DNA from: Chroococcales cyanobacterium
GTDB lineage: Bacteria > Cyanobacteriota > Cyanobacteriia > Cyanobacteriales > Nostocaceae
DNA: 64,000 bases
Direction of reading: 5' to 3'
NCBI GenBank assembly: GCA_038259325.1
Contig: JBBSOX010000018.1
Span: 5,901 to 69,900 of the forward strand
Part shown: piece after piece, positions 48,696 through 58,580 of the stretch
Position numbering within the stretch: position 1 is the stretch's first letter
Layout of the letters: every line of letters starts with the position of its first letter
Made by a program: the position numbers and the translations under genes
The notes under the pieces: model-generated
Database searches by the model: none
What the model saw: the letters and a program-made list of their open reading frames with translations, nothing else
Told to the model about the DNA's origin: nothing

Positions 48696-49271
48696 TTAAG
48701 ATAAGTACTTTCCAAGGACTCGTTCTGCTAAATTAGTAAACCCTGGTAAACGCCCAGATTTTCCCTGCATCAGGCGCAAAATCAACCATATACTTACTAA
48801 AAAGTAACCCGACGTAAGAAAACTATTCAGGATAAATAGACGTAGCGGAAAAAAATCTGAAGTTGCTGCTCCGGTAGCTAATAATAGATATCCCAACAGC
48901 CAAGTAAGTGCCAAAGTAATAGACAGACGGCTAATAGCCAGTTCTTCCCGACTCCCCTGGCCCCGATAGAGAGTCCACAAAGACGGAAAAAAACCGATCA
49001 TCGGAATCAAATATAAAAGCAACTGTGTTTTGGGCATTGGGCATTGGGCACTTGTACTGAGCGACGCCGTTGGCGCAGCCTCTCGTAGAGAAGTATTGGG
49101 CATTGGGAAAACACTTTCTTTGTCCCTTTGTCCCCTTGTCCCCTTGTCTCCCTCATCCCCCTCATCCCCCCACTCCCCACTCCCCACTCCCCACTCCCCA
49201 TTTTCTTTCGGTTCAAAATTTTCCATTTGGGTTAGTCTAACTCCTAAACTAGAAGGATGAATAAGACTCAT
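48696..49271 (-). CDS. Hypothetical membrane protein with STRR-encoded N-terminal region
   Basis: Three TM segments in the C-terminal half; residues of about 24-80 derive from repeats. Confidence 0.65.
   Translation of the reverse strand: MSLIHPSSLGVRLTQMENFEPKENGEWGVGSGEWGDEGDEGDKGTRGQRDKESVFPMPNTSLREAAPTASLSTSAQCPMPKTQLLLYLIPMIGFFPSLWTLYRGQGSREELAISRLSITLALTWLLGYLLLATGAATSDFFPLRLFILNSFLTSGYFLVSIWLILRLMQGKSGRLPGFTNLAERVLGKYLS
49030..49200. repeat. STRR arrays with a 45-nt inserted unit (49051-49095), inside a CDS
   Basis: GGCATTG, TGTCCCC and CCCCACT arrays; insert CTTGTACTGAGCG...GAAGTA. Confidence 0.85.
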
Positions 49272-49335
49272 ATAGTTAGAGATAATAAGCTGTAAAGAAA
49301 GATTTCATTTAGTTGTATCCCGCAATCAGCTTAAA

Positions 49336-50511
49336 ATGCAGACACGCAAGCTACTCGACTGGTGGCAAACATTTACACCAATAGCGCGAATCGGGGCGAT
49401 CGCGTTATTCCTGCCGCTGCTAGTTCTTAATGGTTGGGCACTTTCAGTATTTTTTGATTATTTCCATTCTCTCATAGTCATTTTAGTGGGAGCCTCAGTG
49501 CTAGCATTTCTGCTCAACTACCCCGTGAGCTGGATGGAGCATCATGGTGCTAGGCGAGAGCAAGTTGCTATTTTAGTATTTCTCTTGGCTTTATCGATTT
49601 TATTAGCGTTGGGTGTGACACTTTTTCCGTTGGCCCTTACCCAAGCTCAACAACTTGTGGCTCGTTTGCCAGAGTTGATCGACTCTGGGCGCTCTCAATT
49701 AATGATATTAAACGAAAAAGCTGAGACTTTTGGCTTACCGATTAACCTCGATGCTCTGGTAGTGCAAATCAACGATCGCGTCAAGGGACAATTGCAAGCG
49801 ATCGCTGGACAAGTTTTAAATCTGGCGGTAGTTACAGTTACTAGTCTGCTAGATATTCTCTTGACAATGGTTTTGACTTTCTACCTTTTACAGCATGGAG
49901 GCGAACTCTGGCAAAGTTTAGTGGGATGGCTACCTACTAAATTTCGCGATCCTTTCTCCAAAACAGTCCGCCTAAGCTTTCAAAATTTCTTCATCACTCA
50001 GTTGATTTTATCGACTTGCATGGCATCAGCCCTCATTCCCACCTTTTTATGGCTGAAGGTGCCATTTGGTCTATTATTCGGTCTAACTATTGGTCTGATG
50101 GCTCTCATCCCATTTGGCGGTTCTGTAGGCATCGCCTCGACTACATTATTGGTAGCGTTGCAAGATTTTTCAATGGGTGTGAGAGTTTTGATAGCGGCAG
50201 TTATTGTACAGCAAATTCTGGAAAACTTAATTGCCCCCCGAATTTTAGGCAGCTTTACTGGCTTAAATCCGGTTTGGATTTTAATCTCAGTCTTGACAGG
50301 GGCAAGAATTGGTGGACTGTTGGGTGTAATTGTGGCAGTACCTACAGCTGTTGTAATTAAGACTGCTTTAAGCGCCTTGCGTCCTGGAAGCCTAAGCAGC
50401 GAGATAGACGACAGCGTGACTGGGGAAACAACTGCACCTATTGCAGGAAACGAGTCCCCGAAAGCTGACGCTAAAAACACTCTGAGTATTTCTGAAGCGA
50501 CATTACCCTAG
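49336..50511 (+). CDS. AI-2E family transporter
   Basis: LAFLLNYPV, LIPFGG, QQILENLIAPRILG...LNPVWI, GGLLGVIVAVP. Confidence 0.9.
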   Translation: MQTRKLLDWWQTFTPIARIGAIALFLPLLVLNGWALSVFFDYFHSLIVILVGASVLAFLLNYPVSWMEHHGARREQVAILVFLLALSILLALGVTLFPLALTQAQQLVARLPELIDSGRSQLMILNEKAETFGLPINLDALVVQINDRVKGQLQAIAGQVLNLAVVTVTSLLDILLTMVLTFYLLQHGGELWQSLVGWLPTKFRDPFSKTVRLSFQNFFITQLILSTCMASALIPTFLWLKVPFGLLFGLTIGLMALIPFGGSVGIASTTLLVALQDFSMGVRVLIAAVIVQQILENLIAPRILGSFTGLNPVWILISVLTGARIGGLLGVIVAVPTAVVIKTALSALRPGSLSSEIDDSVTGETTAPIAGNESPKADAKNTLSISEATLP

Positions 50512-50551
50512 AATTAAATTCAAAATTCAAAATAAAAAAATTTTGAATTTT

Positions 50552-51874
50552 TTACTGCGGCTCAATGATTGAACCCATAAACAAAACGTTTCCCGTCTGA
50601 TTATCTCTAATGGCAGAGAAGAAGGGACGATCAACAATCATTCGGAATGGTTCTGGTTCTTCTCTCAAAGATGTTACTACTATTCCCACTGAAGTAGCCG
50701 CGGCCGCTTCGGTGCCTTCTTCGTTTACTTCCACAAAACTTTTATGCTTAACTTCGCTAATGGCAAGATTTTTACCCATGCCTGAAAAATTAGCTTTCCT
50801 GCTGAAAGCCTCCTCCATGCCTAAACTTTTTAAGGCATCATTGAGTGTAACTTCATAGTCTGTTTTAAAACGGGGTAAGCGGATAAACCCTTTTTGTTGG
50901 TTGAACTGAGTCATCCATTTTTCCCAGTTTTCAGCATTCAAGTTTTGATAAAAGGCATTGAGGTTAGAGTTCTGTTTGGGCAAGAATATATAAAAACTGA
51001 ATTTACCATCTTTGCCATAAGGTAAACTAACTGCCTGAAATTCTTTGTTTTCGTAGTATCTATAGTCACCATTCTGTGACATCATAGGGTGTTGTTTTTG
51101 CCTGCCAGATGTTATGTAAAAGGGAGCAGTTTGACTTTTGTCAAATTCCTTACTCCATTTTGCTTTAAAATATATGGCATTAATCAGAAACAACACATCA
51201 TTGGGTCTAACGGTTTCAACTATTTCAGTGATTTTTCCACTAGTATTTTCTTTGACCCAGTTATTGATAATACTAGATGCGGCGGCATCTTGAAAGTTTA
51301 AATTGCTGACCTTGGCTTTATAGAAATCCTGTGTTCTCTGGAGAAAGTCTGGCTGAAAGCTAAAATTTTGATTTGCCCAAAGTGAGTTAGCAATATTCAG
51401 TTGCACTTTTGCATCAGGATTGTCTAAAAGCTGTTTTAATGCCGCCGCGTAAGAAGAGTTAATTTCTGATAAATTCATCCCCTGTAATTCCAGGGTTTTT
51501 GCCATTGCTTGTTGAGTCAAGCCGCTAGCACCGTTGTACGTCATAGCAAGAGCGATCGCAACACTCGAAGGTGAGATAAAAACATTATTCGCTTTATCAT
51601 TTTTCAGAACTTCTGAAAACAGTTTGAAACCAAACTTATTGCTAGACTCAACGATTTTTTTATCAGTCTTAAGTGTTTTTTTTTGCAATGGGGTTTCTGG
51701 CTGAGGTAAACCAGATTGGGCAAGGGCACTTTTGTTACTCTCGACTTGAGAACACCCTAATACACTAAATAGAACAACACTTGCAGCTGCCAAAGCATAA
51801 CGTCTACCCAGACTCACACCGTAACGTCTTTGCAGGAAATTTTCTTTCGCATCACTAAATTTTTGCCGATTCAT
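50552..51874 (-). CDS. Serpin (serine protease inhibitor), predicted lipoprotein
   Basis: NVFISPSSV, NAIYFKAKW, hinge VNEEGTEAAAAT, DRPF signature; lipobox VLGC. Confidence 0.95.
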   Translation of the reverse strand: MNRQKFSDAKENFLQRRYGVSLGRRYALAAASVVLFSVLGCSQVESNKSALAQSGLPQPETPLQKKTLKTDKKIVESSNKFGFKLFSEVLKNDKANNVFISPSSVAIALAMTYNGASGLTQQAMAKTLELQGMNLSEINSSYAAALKQLLDNPDAKVQLNIANSLWANQNFSFQPDFLQRTQDFYKAKVSNLNFQDAAASSIINNWVKENTSGKITEIVETVRPNDVLFLINAIYFKAKWSKEFDKSQTAPFYITSGRQKQHPMMSQNGDYRYYENKEFQAVSLPYGKDGKFSFYIFLPKQNSNLNAFYQNLNAENWEKWMTQFNQQKGFIRLPRFKTDYEVTLNDALKSLGMEEAFSRKANFSGMGKNLAISEVKHKSFVEVNEEGTEAAAATSVGIVVTSLREEPEPFRMIVDRPFFSAIRDNQTGNVLFMGSIIEPQ

Positions 51875-52212
51875 TCTGCTACCTCGCTTGCCAAAGATTC
51901 CCGATCTGTGCTCATGGTTGACGCAGATACTGTGTCAATGATTAACTATTGCATTTGCTCCAATAGAAAAATGGGACTGTTACAGTTTTTGTAACAGCAA
52001 GTTAGTAGCTCACAGCAATTAAATACAACTTATGAGAGTTGCTAATCCCTGATTGGGGCGGTTATGCAGACGAATTATGAAAAATATCGATTCTTAGGAA
52101 TTTTCCTATTTATATATAAAAGTATTGTAGACTACTTAATCAAAAAACAACCACTGTTCTTGATTTTTAAAGATAAATCCAGCTTCTCGATTCACGAAAT
52201 AATCAAACTTTT

Positions 52213-52297
52213 GTAGGGACACACAGATGTGGTCCCCTATACGGGTTCAAATAGATGAAAAACGCTGTAAGTTGACACATGTAGTTGTGCGCCCCTA
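52213..52297. repeat. REP-like palindrome plus a decayed family B right end
   Basis: GTAGGGACACACAGATGTGGTCCCCTA ... TAAGTTGACACATG-TAGTTGTGCGCCCCTA. Confidence 0.5.
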
Positions 52298-52299
52298 TT

Positions 52300-53895
52300 T
52301 TAATTAATAGGTACACTCCACCAAGCTAAACTATAGGGTTGAGTTGCTTCATTTAACTTTTGACGAAAGTGAACGCGGATTTTGTAATTGCCGGTAGCAG
52401 CAACGGGGCAAAAAATATGTTCTACACTATCGATTTGGCTGATTGAGGAGCAAACAGCACCAGCGTTTGGATTTTGAGCATCAGATTTTACCAAGTATAG
52501 ATCAAGATTATTTAAGCCGCGATCGCGAAAATTTTCGCCCGCGTCATATTGCTGGTTTTTATTTTTATCGTTGAGTTCCACCAATCGATCCCAACTCATG
52601 GTAACAGCAACAAAACTTCCCTGCTTTAACGGTTTTGCTAATATATAATCAACAGAAGCTCCAACATCGACTGTACGATAATCCCAACCAATCGCTGGCA
52701 CAGCACCTGATGGTTGCCATTGACCAGCACTAAATTGCTGATAAGCGCGAAATACATTTAAATGGCCCGCTCCCATTTGGGCATCTAAGGGAATCTTTGG
52801 ATCTTTATAAGCATCAGAATCTAGCCAGTTTTGATTTTGTTTATCAATTAGGGTTCGGGTCATTCCCAACCGCAAGCGATTGCCACTATCTAGGATTTTG
52901 TCTGCTGAATTTAGCAATACAGCTTTCATCAGTTGATGACGCCGAGAATCGATGCTCCAGTGGGGTTGTTTTGTTCGCATCTGTCTGTCAGCAAACTCCT
53001 GCAACAGAGCAACAGTAGCCGTAACTTGAGGCGCTGCAAAACTCGTACCCGTAACCTTTTTCAATTTGCCATCTGGATTGAGCAAAGAAATGTTATTCCC
53101 AGGAGCAACTAAACTGATGGCGGGACGCCCATCAAGATTAAATTCCTTGCCAGCTAGCCTTTGAGTAGCTCCTTGATTAACACCTGCCAGATTAGCCACA
53201 TCTACTTTGTTAAAAACTCCCCCTCTCTGGGATGAAAAGGCCACGTTCATTCCGTTAAAATTATCTGTAGGAATGGGAATACCGCCCTTACCCTGGTTGC
53301 CTGCGATCGCATACAAAACATCATGAACGCGACTAGACCAGTCAACACATAAAGTTAGTAAAGCATTGCCGTCTAAAATAGCCTGTGGTCTAGGATCGCG
53401 GCTCAGGGATTCACCAAAACTAAAGTTAATGGCACGAACATCACCACTATTTTGTAGTGCTATGTGCTGTGCTGATAAACACTCTTCTGGTTGACCCATG
53501 TTTTTAGTCGAACCCACCGCAGACGAATACAGTCTTGCTCCCGGAGCAATTCCCGGCAAAGCTTTGTCTTGACTTACCATGACACCAGCAACATTGTAAG
53601 CGTGGGGGTCAACACCGCTATTAGACTTGGCTGGCCCATTGCGTAAGAATACTCCCGCTAAAGATATGGCACGATTTTTAGACACTGCCTTATCCCACCC
53701 AAACATTCCGGGTCGGCCAATTTCCACTTGACCAATAGCAATCTTACGACCGATTAAATTATAAGGAGAGCGGTGTAGCTTCAGAGCATCAATGCCGTTA
53801 GTTCCCAAAGCAGATTCTAAAGCTGAAGCAATTGCCGGCACACTCAAACAAGAAGCACTTAATCCCCAAATTATCCAGGTTAGTTTTTTAGTCAT
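52300..53895 (-). CDS. S8 (subtilase) family serine peptidase, secreted
   Basis: Signal peptide; His in DPHAYNVAG; oxyanion AGN; Ser in GTSFAAP. The Asp position reads GQVEIG. Confidence 0.85.
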   Translation of the reverse strand: MTKKLTWIIWGLSASCLSVPAIASALESALGTNGIDALKLHRSPYNLIGRKIAIGQVEIGRPGMFGWDKAVSKNRAISLAGVFLRNGPAKSNSGVDPHAYNVAGVMVSQDKALPGIAPGARLYSSAVGSTKNMGQPEECLSAQHIALQNSGDVRAINFSFGESLSRDPRPQAILDGNALLTLCVDWSSRVHDVLYAIAGNQGKGGIPIPTDNFNGMNVAFSSQRGGVFNKVDVANLAGVNQGATQRLAGKEFNLDGRPAISLVAPGNNISLLNPDGKLKKVTGTSFAAPQVTATVALLQEFADRQMRTKQPHWSIDSRRHQLMKAVLLNSADKILDSGNRLRLGMTRTLIDKQNQNWLDSDAYKDPKIPLDAQMGAGHLNVFRAYQQFSAGQWQPSGAVPAIGWDYRTVDVGASVDYILAKPLKQGSFVAVTMSWDRLVELNDKNKNQQYDAGENFRDRGLNNLDLYLVKSDAQNPNAGAVCSSISQIDSVEHIFCPVAATGNYKIRVHFRQKLNEATQPYSLAWWSVPIN

Positions 53896-54096
53896 TTGTC
53901 ATTGGTCATTAGTCATTTGTGATGAGATTAGAGGAGAGGTTACAGGTAACAGGTGGTAGGGAATAATCTGTACCCTGTAACCTGTATCCTATTCCCTATT
54001 CCCTATCTTCCAAAAAAGCCGGGATCAAAGTTATGAGTCTTGCTCAATGTTTTGTTACAATGCGTACAGACGAGGACGCTTAAAAACCCACTAGCC

Positions 54097-54804
54097 ATGA
54101 CCCAAAACCTATCTCAAAAGCCCATTGTAATTGCTCCATCTATCCTATCAGCCGATTTTAGTCGTCTAGGTGACGAAATTCGCGCCGTTGATGCGGCTGG
54201 AGCAGATTGGATTCATGTTGATGTCATGGACGGTCGTTTTGTACCTAATATTACGATAGGCCCTCTGATTGTGGAGGCGATTCGTCCGGTTACGACCAAG
54301 CCCCTGGATGTCCACTTGATGATTGTGGAGCCAGAAAAATATGTAGAGGGATTTGCTAAGGCGGGTGCTGATATTATCTCTGTACACTGCGAGCATAATG
54401 CTTCCCCACACCTGCACCGTACCTTGGGGCAAATTAAAGAGCTTGGTAAGAAAGCTGGAGTTGTACTTAATCCTGGTAGCCCTCTAGAGCTAATTGAATA
54501 CGTTCTAGATTTGTGCGATTTAGTACTGATTATGAGCGTCAACCCTGGTTTTGGTGGTCAAAGCTTTATCCCTGGTGTATTACCCAAAATCCGCAAGCTG
54601 CGTCAAATGTGCGATGAACGCGGTCTTGACCCTTGGATTGAAGTGGATGGAGGACTAAAGGCAAATAATACCTGGCAAGTTCTGGAAGCGGGAGCTAATG
54701 CAGTTGTGGCTGGTTCAGCTGTATTTAACGCTAAAGATTATGCTGAGGCTATTACATCAATTCGCAACAGCAAGCGTCCTACCCCAGAATTAGCCAAGGT
54801 TTAA
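54097..54804 (+). CDS. rpe: Ribulose-phosphate 3-epimerase
   Basis: [45 protein letters not shown]. Likely start MTQN at 54097. Confidence 0.97.
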   Translation: MTQNLSQKPIVIAPSILSADFSRLGDEIRAVDAAGADWIHVDVMDGRFVPNITIGPLIVEAIRPVTTKPLDVHLMIVEPEKYVEGFAKAGADIISVHCEHNASPHLHRTLGQIKELGKKAGVVLNPGSPLELIEYVLDLCDLVLIMSVNPGFGGQSFIPGVLPKIRKLRQMCDERGLDPWIEVDGGLKANNTWQVLEAGANAVVAGSAVFNAKDYAEAITSIRNSKRPTPELAKV

Positions 54805-54832
54805 TTAATTTTTGGATTAACTATACTCCACA

Positions 54833-54869
54833 AAAAGTAGGGTGGGCGATTTGCCCACCTTATTTTTAT
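54833..54869 (+). terminator. Intrinsic terminator after rpe
   Basis: AGGGTGGGC-GATTT-GCCCACCTT stem-loop followed by a T-rich tail and preceded by an A-run. Confidence 0.75.
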
Positions 54870-55672
54870 TGAGACATAAAAAAACTGGAAGCTATTCAAG
54901 TTTTGAACTTCCAGTAGTTGCTATATAAATTGAAAATTTAGAAAACAGATATAATCCAGGTTGGGAGGACTAGGATTAAAATAGTCGAAAGAGAAGCGTA
55001 TGAGCTACTAGTTCTACTAGCCACGATAGCGATTTCACCGTAACTTTTCTATTTCCGTTCTTGGTATTGGTGTTAAGCGTTTGCTTTATTAACTAAAGCA
55101 ACACCAATCACAAGATAAGAAGTTTTATAAGCATTGCTCGCACCGTCTGCAGTCGGTGAAAGCCGTGTAAAGTTTGGATTGGGAGAAGCTACCGCTCCAA
55201 ATTTTCTTTGCTCAGACTTCCTCGAAAATAGAACCACCAGTAGCAACGGTTAGATCATCAGTCTTGGTATAGGAGTTATTTACTCCATGAAATGCTGACC
55301 ACTTTTGTAATTAGTTTGATTTCTTTGATAGTCAGAACTAATCATTGAATTTATTTTTTAAAATTAACTTGCTTGCCGCCAATCACCTCTATTTTAGTTT
55401 AAGTTGTAGTTTTTATTAGTTTACCAATCTCGCTAGTATATATTTGCCATTTTGGCAGATTTTTTAAAAAAATATCAAATTAATCACTGCTATAGAAAAC
55501 CTACTATGCTAAAAATTTTAAATTAGCATAGCAGGCTTTCAGACACCCAATCAACTCTAGAAAAGAATCTATTGATTCCGAATACTTTTTAATTGAATCC
55601 ACAACGTTTCAATGAAATCTCTTGAGTGCTTTCTGGTTTCATTTGCGATTTGATTGATTGATAATCGTTAAT

Positions 55673-56062
55673 TTACTGTGCCATTCTCTGATCTAAACTA
55701 CCACCCCGAATTTCCGTTTTTTGCTTTCCGACGACTTCCAGATAAGCTCTGTCTTTGATTTTGGTTAAGCAACTGGATGATACATTACTCTCAGATAGTG
55801 CATCATTAGCATGTTTTAGGATTTTTATATTTTCACTTTGCTGTTGATTTGTCCTACTAGCTTTAGAGTTTTCTTTTAGTAATCGATTGTAGGTGCGATA
55901 TGGAATGTAATGGAGAGGATTATAGCCAGCAAATCGCAGCATTAAAACACATGCCCAGGAATATTTACCAGCAAGAATTGCTTCAACTACTTTGTCAAAT
56001 TGTTGAGCCTTCACTGTCTTATCTAAGTTACTACTAATGCCAGCGATGTCTTGATTAATCAT
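55673..56062 (-). CDS. HetP-family protein
   Basis: [45 protein letters not shown] is the HetP family core. Confidence 0.88.
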   Translation of the reverse strand: MINQDIAGISSNLDKTVKAQQFDKVVEAILAGKYSWACVLMLRFAGYNPLHYIPYRTYNRLLKENSKASRTNQQQSENIKILKHANDALSESNVSSSCLTKIKDRAYLEVVGKQKTEIRGGSLDQRMAQ

Positions 56063-57092
56063 AGTTTTTAGGTGTCTGGGATGAAGTAAACTAGTTTAGT
56101 TTTTGCGATTATTTGTGTTTAAATTGAAGTTTACAAACTGCTTAGTTAGTAAAAGGTATAAATTTACCTTTTACCCTGTAATATGACTGGTAATACCAAA
56201 GCCTCATGTGGCTTTCGGTAGAGGCAATTTTGTTCTAGGAAAGTTTTTCGACTCCTAATTAAACAAATTTTATCTGTTCAATTGGTTGTACTTCTTACTA
56301 CTACTGAATTAGGCAGTTTCCGGGAAGTTTGCATATTTTTTTTGGGTTAGTAAAGAAAATTTATTTATCTTTGAAGGTTAACAACGCTATTCGTATATAT
56401 ACTATTTATTGTCGTTAATGTCATCTACTTAATTAGCAGATTAATAAGTTAAATTTACTGAATATCTTTGGATACGTAGGTATGTATTGTGCAACTTTTG
56501 ATTTTGACCCCTTTTGCTAATTGTTGAGGGGTCTAACCCCTCACGCAATATCAATTTAAACCTTTTATTATTGTCGAGTCACTAGAAAATATTAGCACTA
56601 ACCAGGAGGCAAAACAACTTCTAAAAATAGCAATATATAAAAGCTTGGTAAAACGGGAGTAGCCATAGTAATTGGAAATATTTTTAAAATATTCTCAAAT
56701 AGATGAGAATGTTATTTTTTAGCCTTGTATGCATTAATTTACAAAGGCTACAGCTTTAGCTTAACTAAATAAAATTGCTATGAAGTTCTCACAAATATTT
56801 CATGAGCATCATCACTAAATCACAGATAGTCTAGTTTTTAAAGATAATTATTTGTTATTAGTAATATATATAATTTTAATTATAATCAACTAAGTTAAGC
56901 AAAACGCCCGTGGGGGTATGCTGCCAACAAAAAGCGTAGCAGGATAAACCTATATAAATTAAGATAATTAACTAATAGAGAGAAAGCTAATTAATTAGAG
57001 AATATTGCTAAGTTGATTTAGCAAAAATTTATCTGTGTATTAATATCTAATAAATTTATATAGGTAAGATTATAGATGCAGTTGCAGTTTGG

Positions 57093-57932
57093 CTAAATGG
57101 TGATATGAGCCACTAATTGCCATGAGTTATTAATGAATACCTTGCTTAAAGAGAATACCTCTGTCTGGAACAAGGATCTAATCGACATAATGAAGGTGAT
57201 ACGAGCTTGATTAATCTGGGTTAAGTTCTGTTGAAATTGGCGTGCTAATTCTATATTTAAAGCACTAGTTGCTTTATCTAGAATCAGAATTGTTGGGTTT
57301 TTAATCAGTTTGCGAACGAAAAAAGTAAGAATAATTGCTCTGAGTGATTTTTGATAATGCCACAATATTTGCCAATAGTGGCTTAAAAAGAGTTTCTGAC
57401 CCTTGGGTGTATTCAAGTTTTCCGCAGGATCTAAAAGTAGGGCATATCCTGTCCAGCTAGCTTCAAACTGTGGACGCGAAAGCCAGTCCTTGCCTATGGC
57501 TGGATTACTGAATATGCGATCGCCTTTAAGCCAGACACCTATATAATGAATTTCTTGCCAATTAGCTACCCGCGGGTTATAATATGAGTCCAGCTTGCTA
57601 AGACTCGCCCTTACTGCTAGCGCTTCCAAAAGCAAATGAGTTGAGCCTTCTCCTTCAATAGTTGCGTTTGACGCAATTAGCTGCACCCGACCCTGGCAAA
57701 TTGAATACAGCAAGTTTCTATTGTCTTCAATTTTCCCATCTAGACCGTAGATAGTTGTCTCCTCGCCTAGTTGAATCTCGTCGAGAGCCCAAAGGCTAAA
57801 TTGAGATTCTAGATTTGTATCCTCTGCAACTAACCTCAAAAATCTGAGCATAGCCACTTTTGGAGTGGGAGACTGCTGGTTACTTGTATATTTCACATCT
57901 CCCCGGACTCTTAATGATGAAGAGGAGTTCAT
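57093..57932 (-). pseudogene. Collapsed peptidase-containing ABC transporter (HetC/PCAT-like), multiple in-frame deletions
   Basis: 279 aa joining a cNMP-like piece, a C39 tail (HY...NPAIG...WTGYALLLDP), the start of the TM domain, and the ATPase end (RKLIKNPTILILDKATSALN). No Walker A and a degenerate Walker B (DK for DE). Confidence 0.75.
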
Positions 57933-58299
57933 GGTTTAATTTCGTTTTTTGGGTAAACTTACTAACTTGTGCGAGGTAAGTATCTATAGAGCAAAAAAGT
58001 TGATAACTCTTTCGCAAATTTGGTTTTACATTATTCGACTAGCCTATGTAAAACGCGATTACTTGTGTTTTTAATCACCCAATATTTCAATTTCATTTCT
58101 TACATTTATGGCTAAAGCTAGTAATAGTTGCATTTTTTGAAAGAGTGGTCTTGAATTCTCAACCCTTCAACTCTTACCATTACTGAAAATTTCCTTCGCT
58201 TCCGGAAATACTCGGAAAATAAAATCACAAAACTAGACTCTGCTTTCTCAGATGAAGACAGGCTAAATTTGGCATTACGCATACCAAATATTACCGTTC

Positions 58300-58542
58300 G
58301 TAGGGACGCACAGCTATCATACGTGTCAACTTAAGCTAAAAGTAGCTTAACTGAAAGCTTTCTCACCCGCCTAGAACTAAAGTTCTAGGCTAAGAGCTAA
58401 AGTCTACTGAAGTAGACTAAGGATTTTTCGGATTATTTAGTCATCTTTAGATGACTTGAGCTATTATTCTTGGAACTTCAGTTCCTTGCGGGACATGGTT
58501 TTCACGTTAAGTTGACACCAATGCACAGCTATGCGCCCCTAC
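58300..58542. mobile_element. Family B MITE (58318-58523, CAT...ATG ends) in a REP-like palindrome, 9-bp TSD CACAGCTAT
   Basis: CACAGCTAT at 58309-58317 and 58524-58532. Ends CATACGTGTCAACTTAA / TTAAGTTGACACCAATG. Multi-hairpin interior. Confidence 0.85.
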
Positions 58543-58580
58543 GTGTGTTGCATCAAAACGGTTCTCGTTTTGATAGCCAA

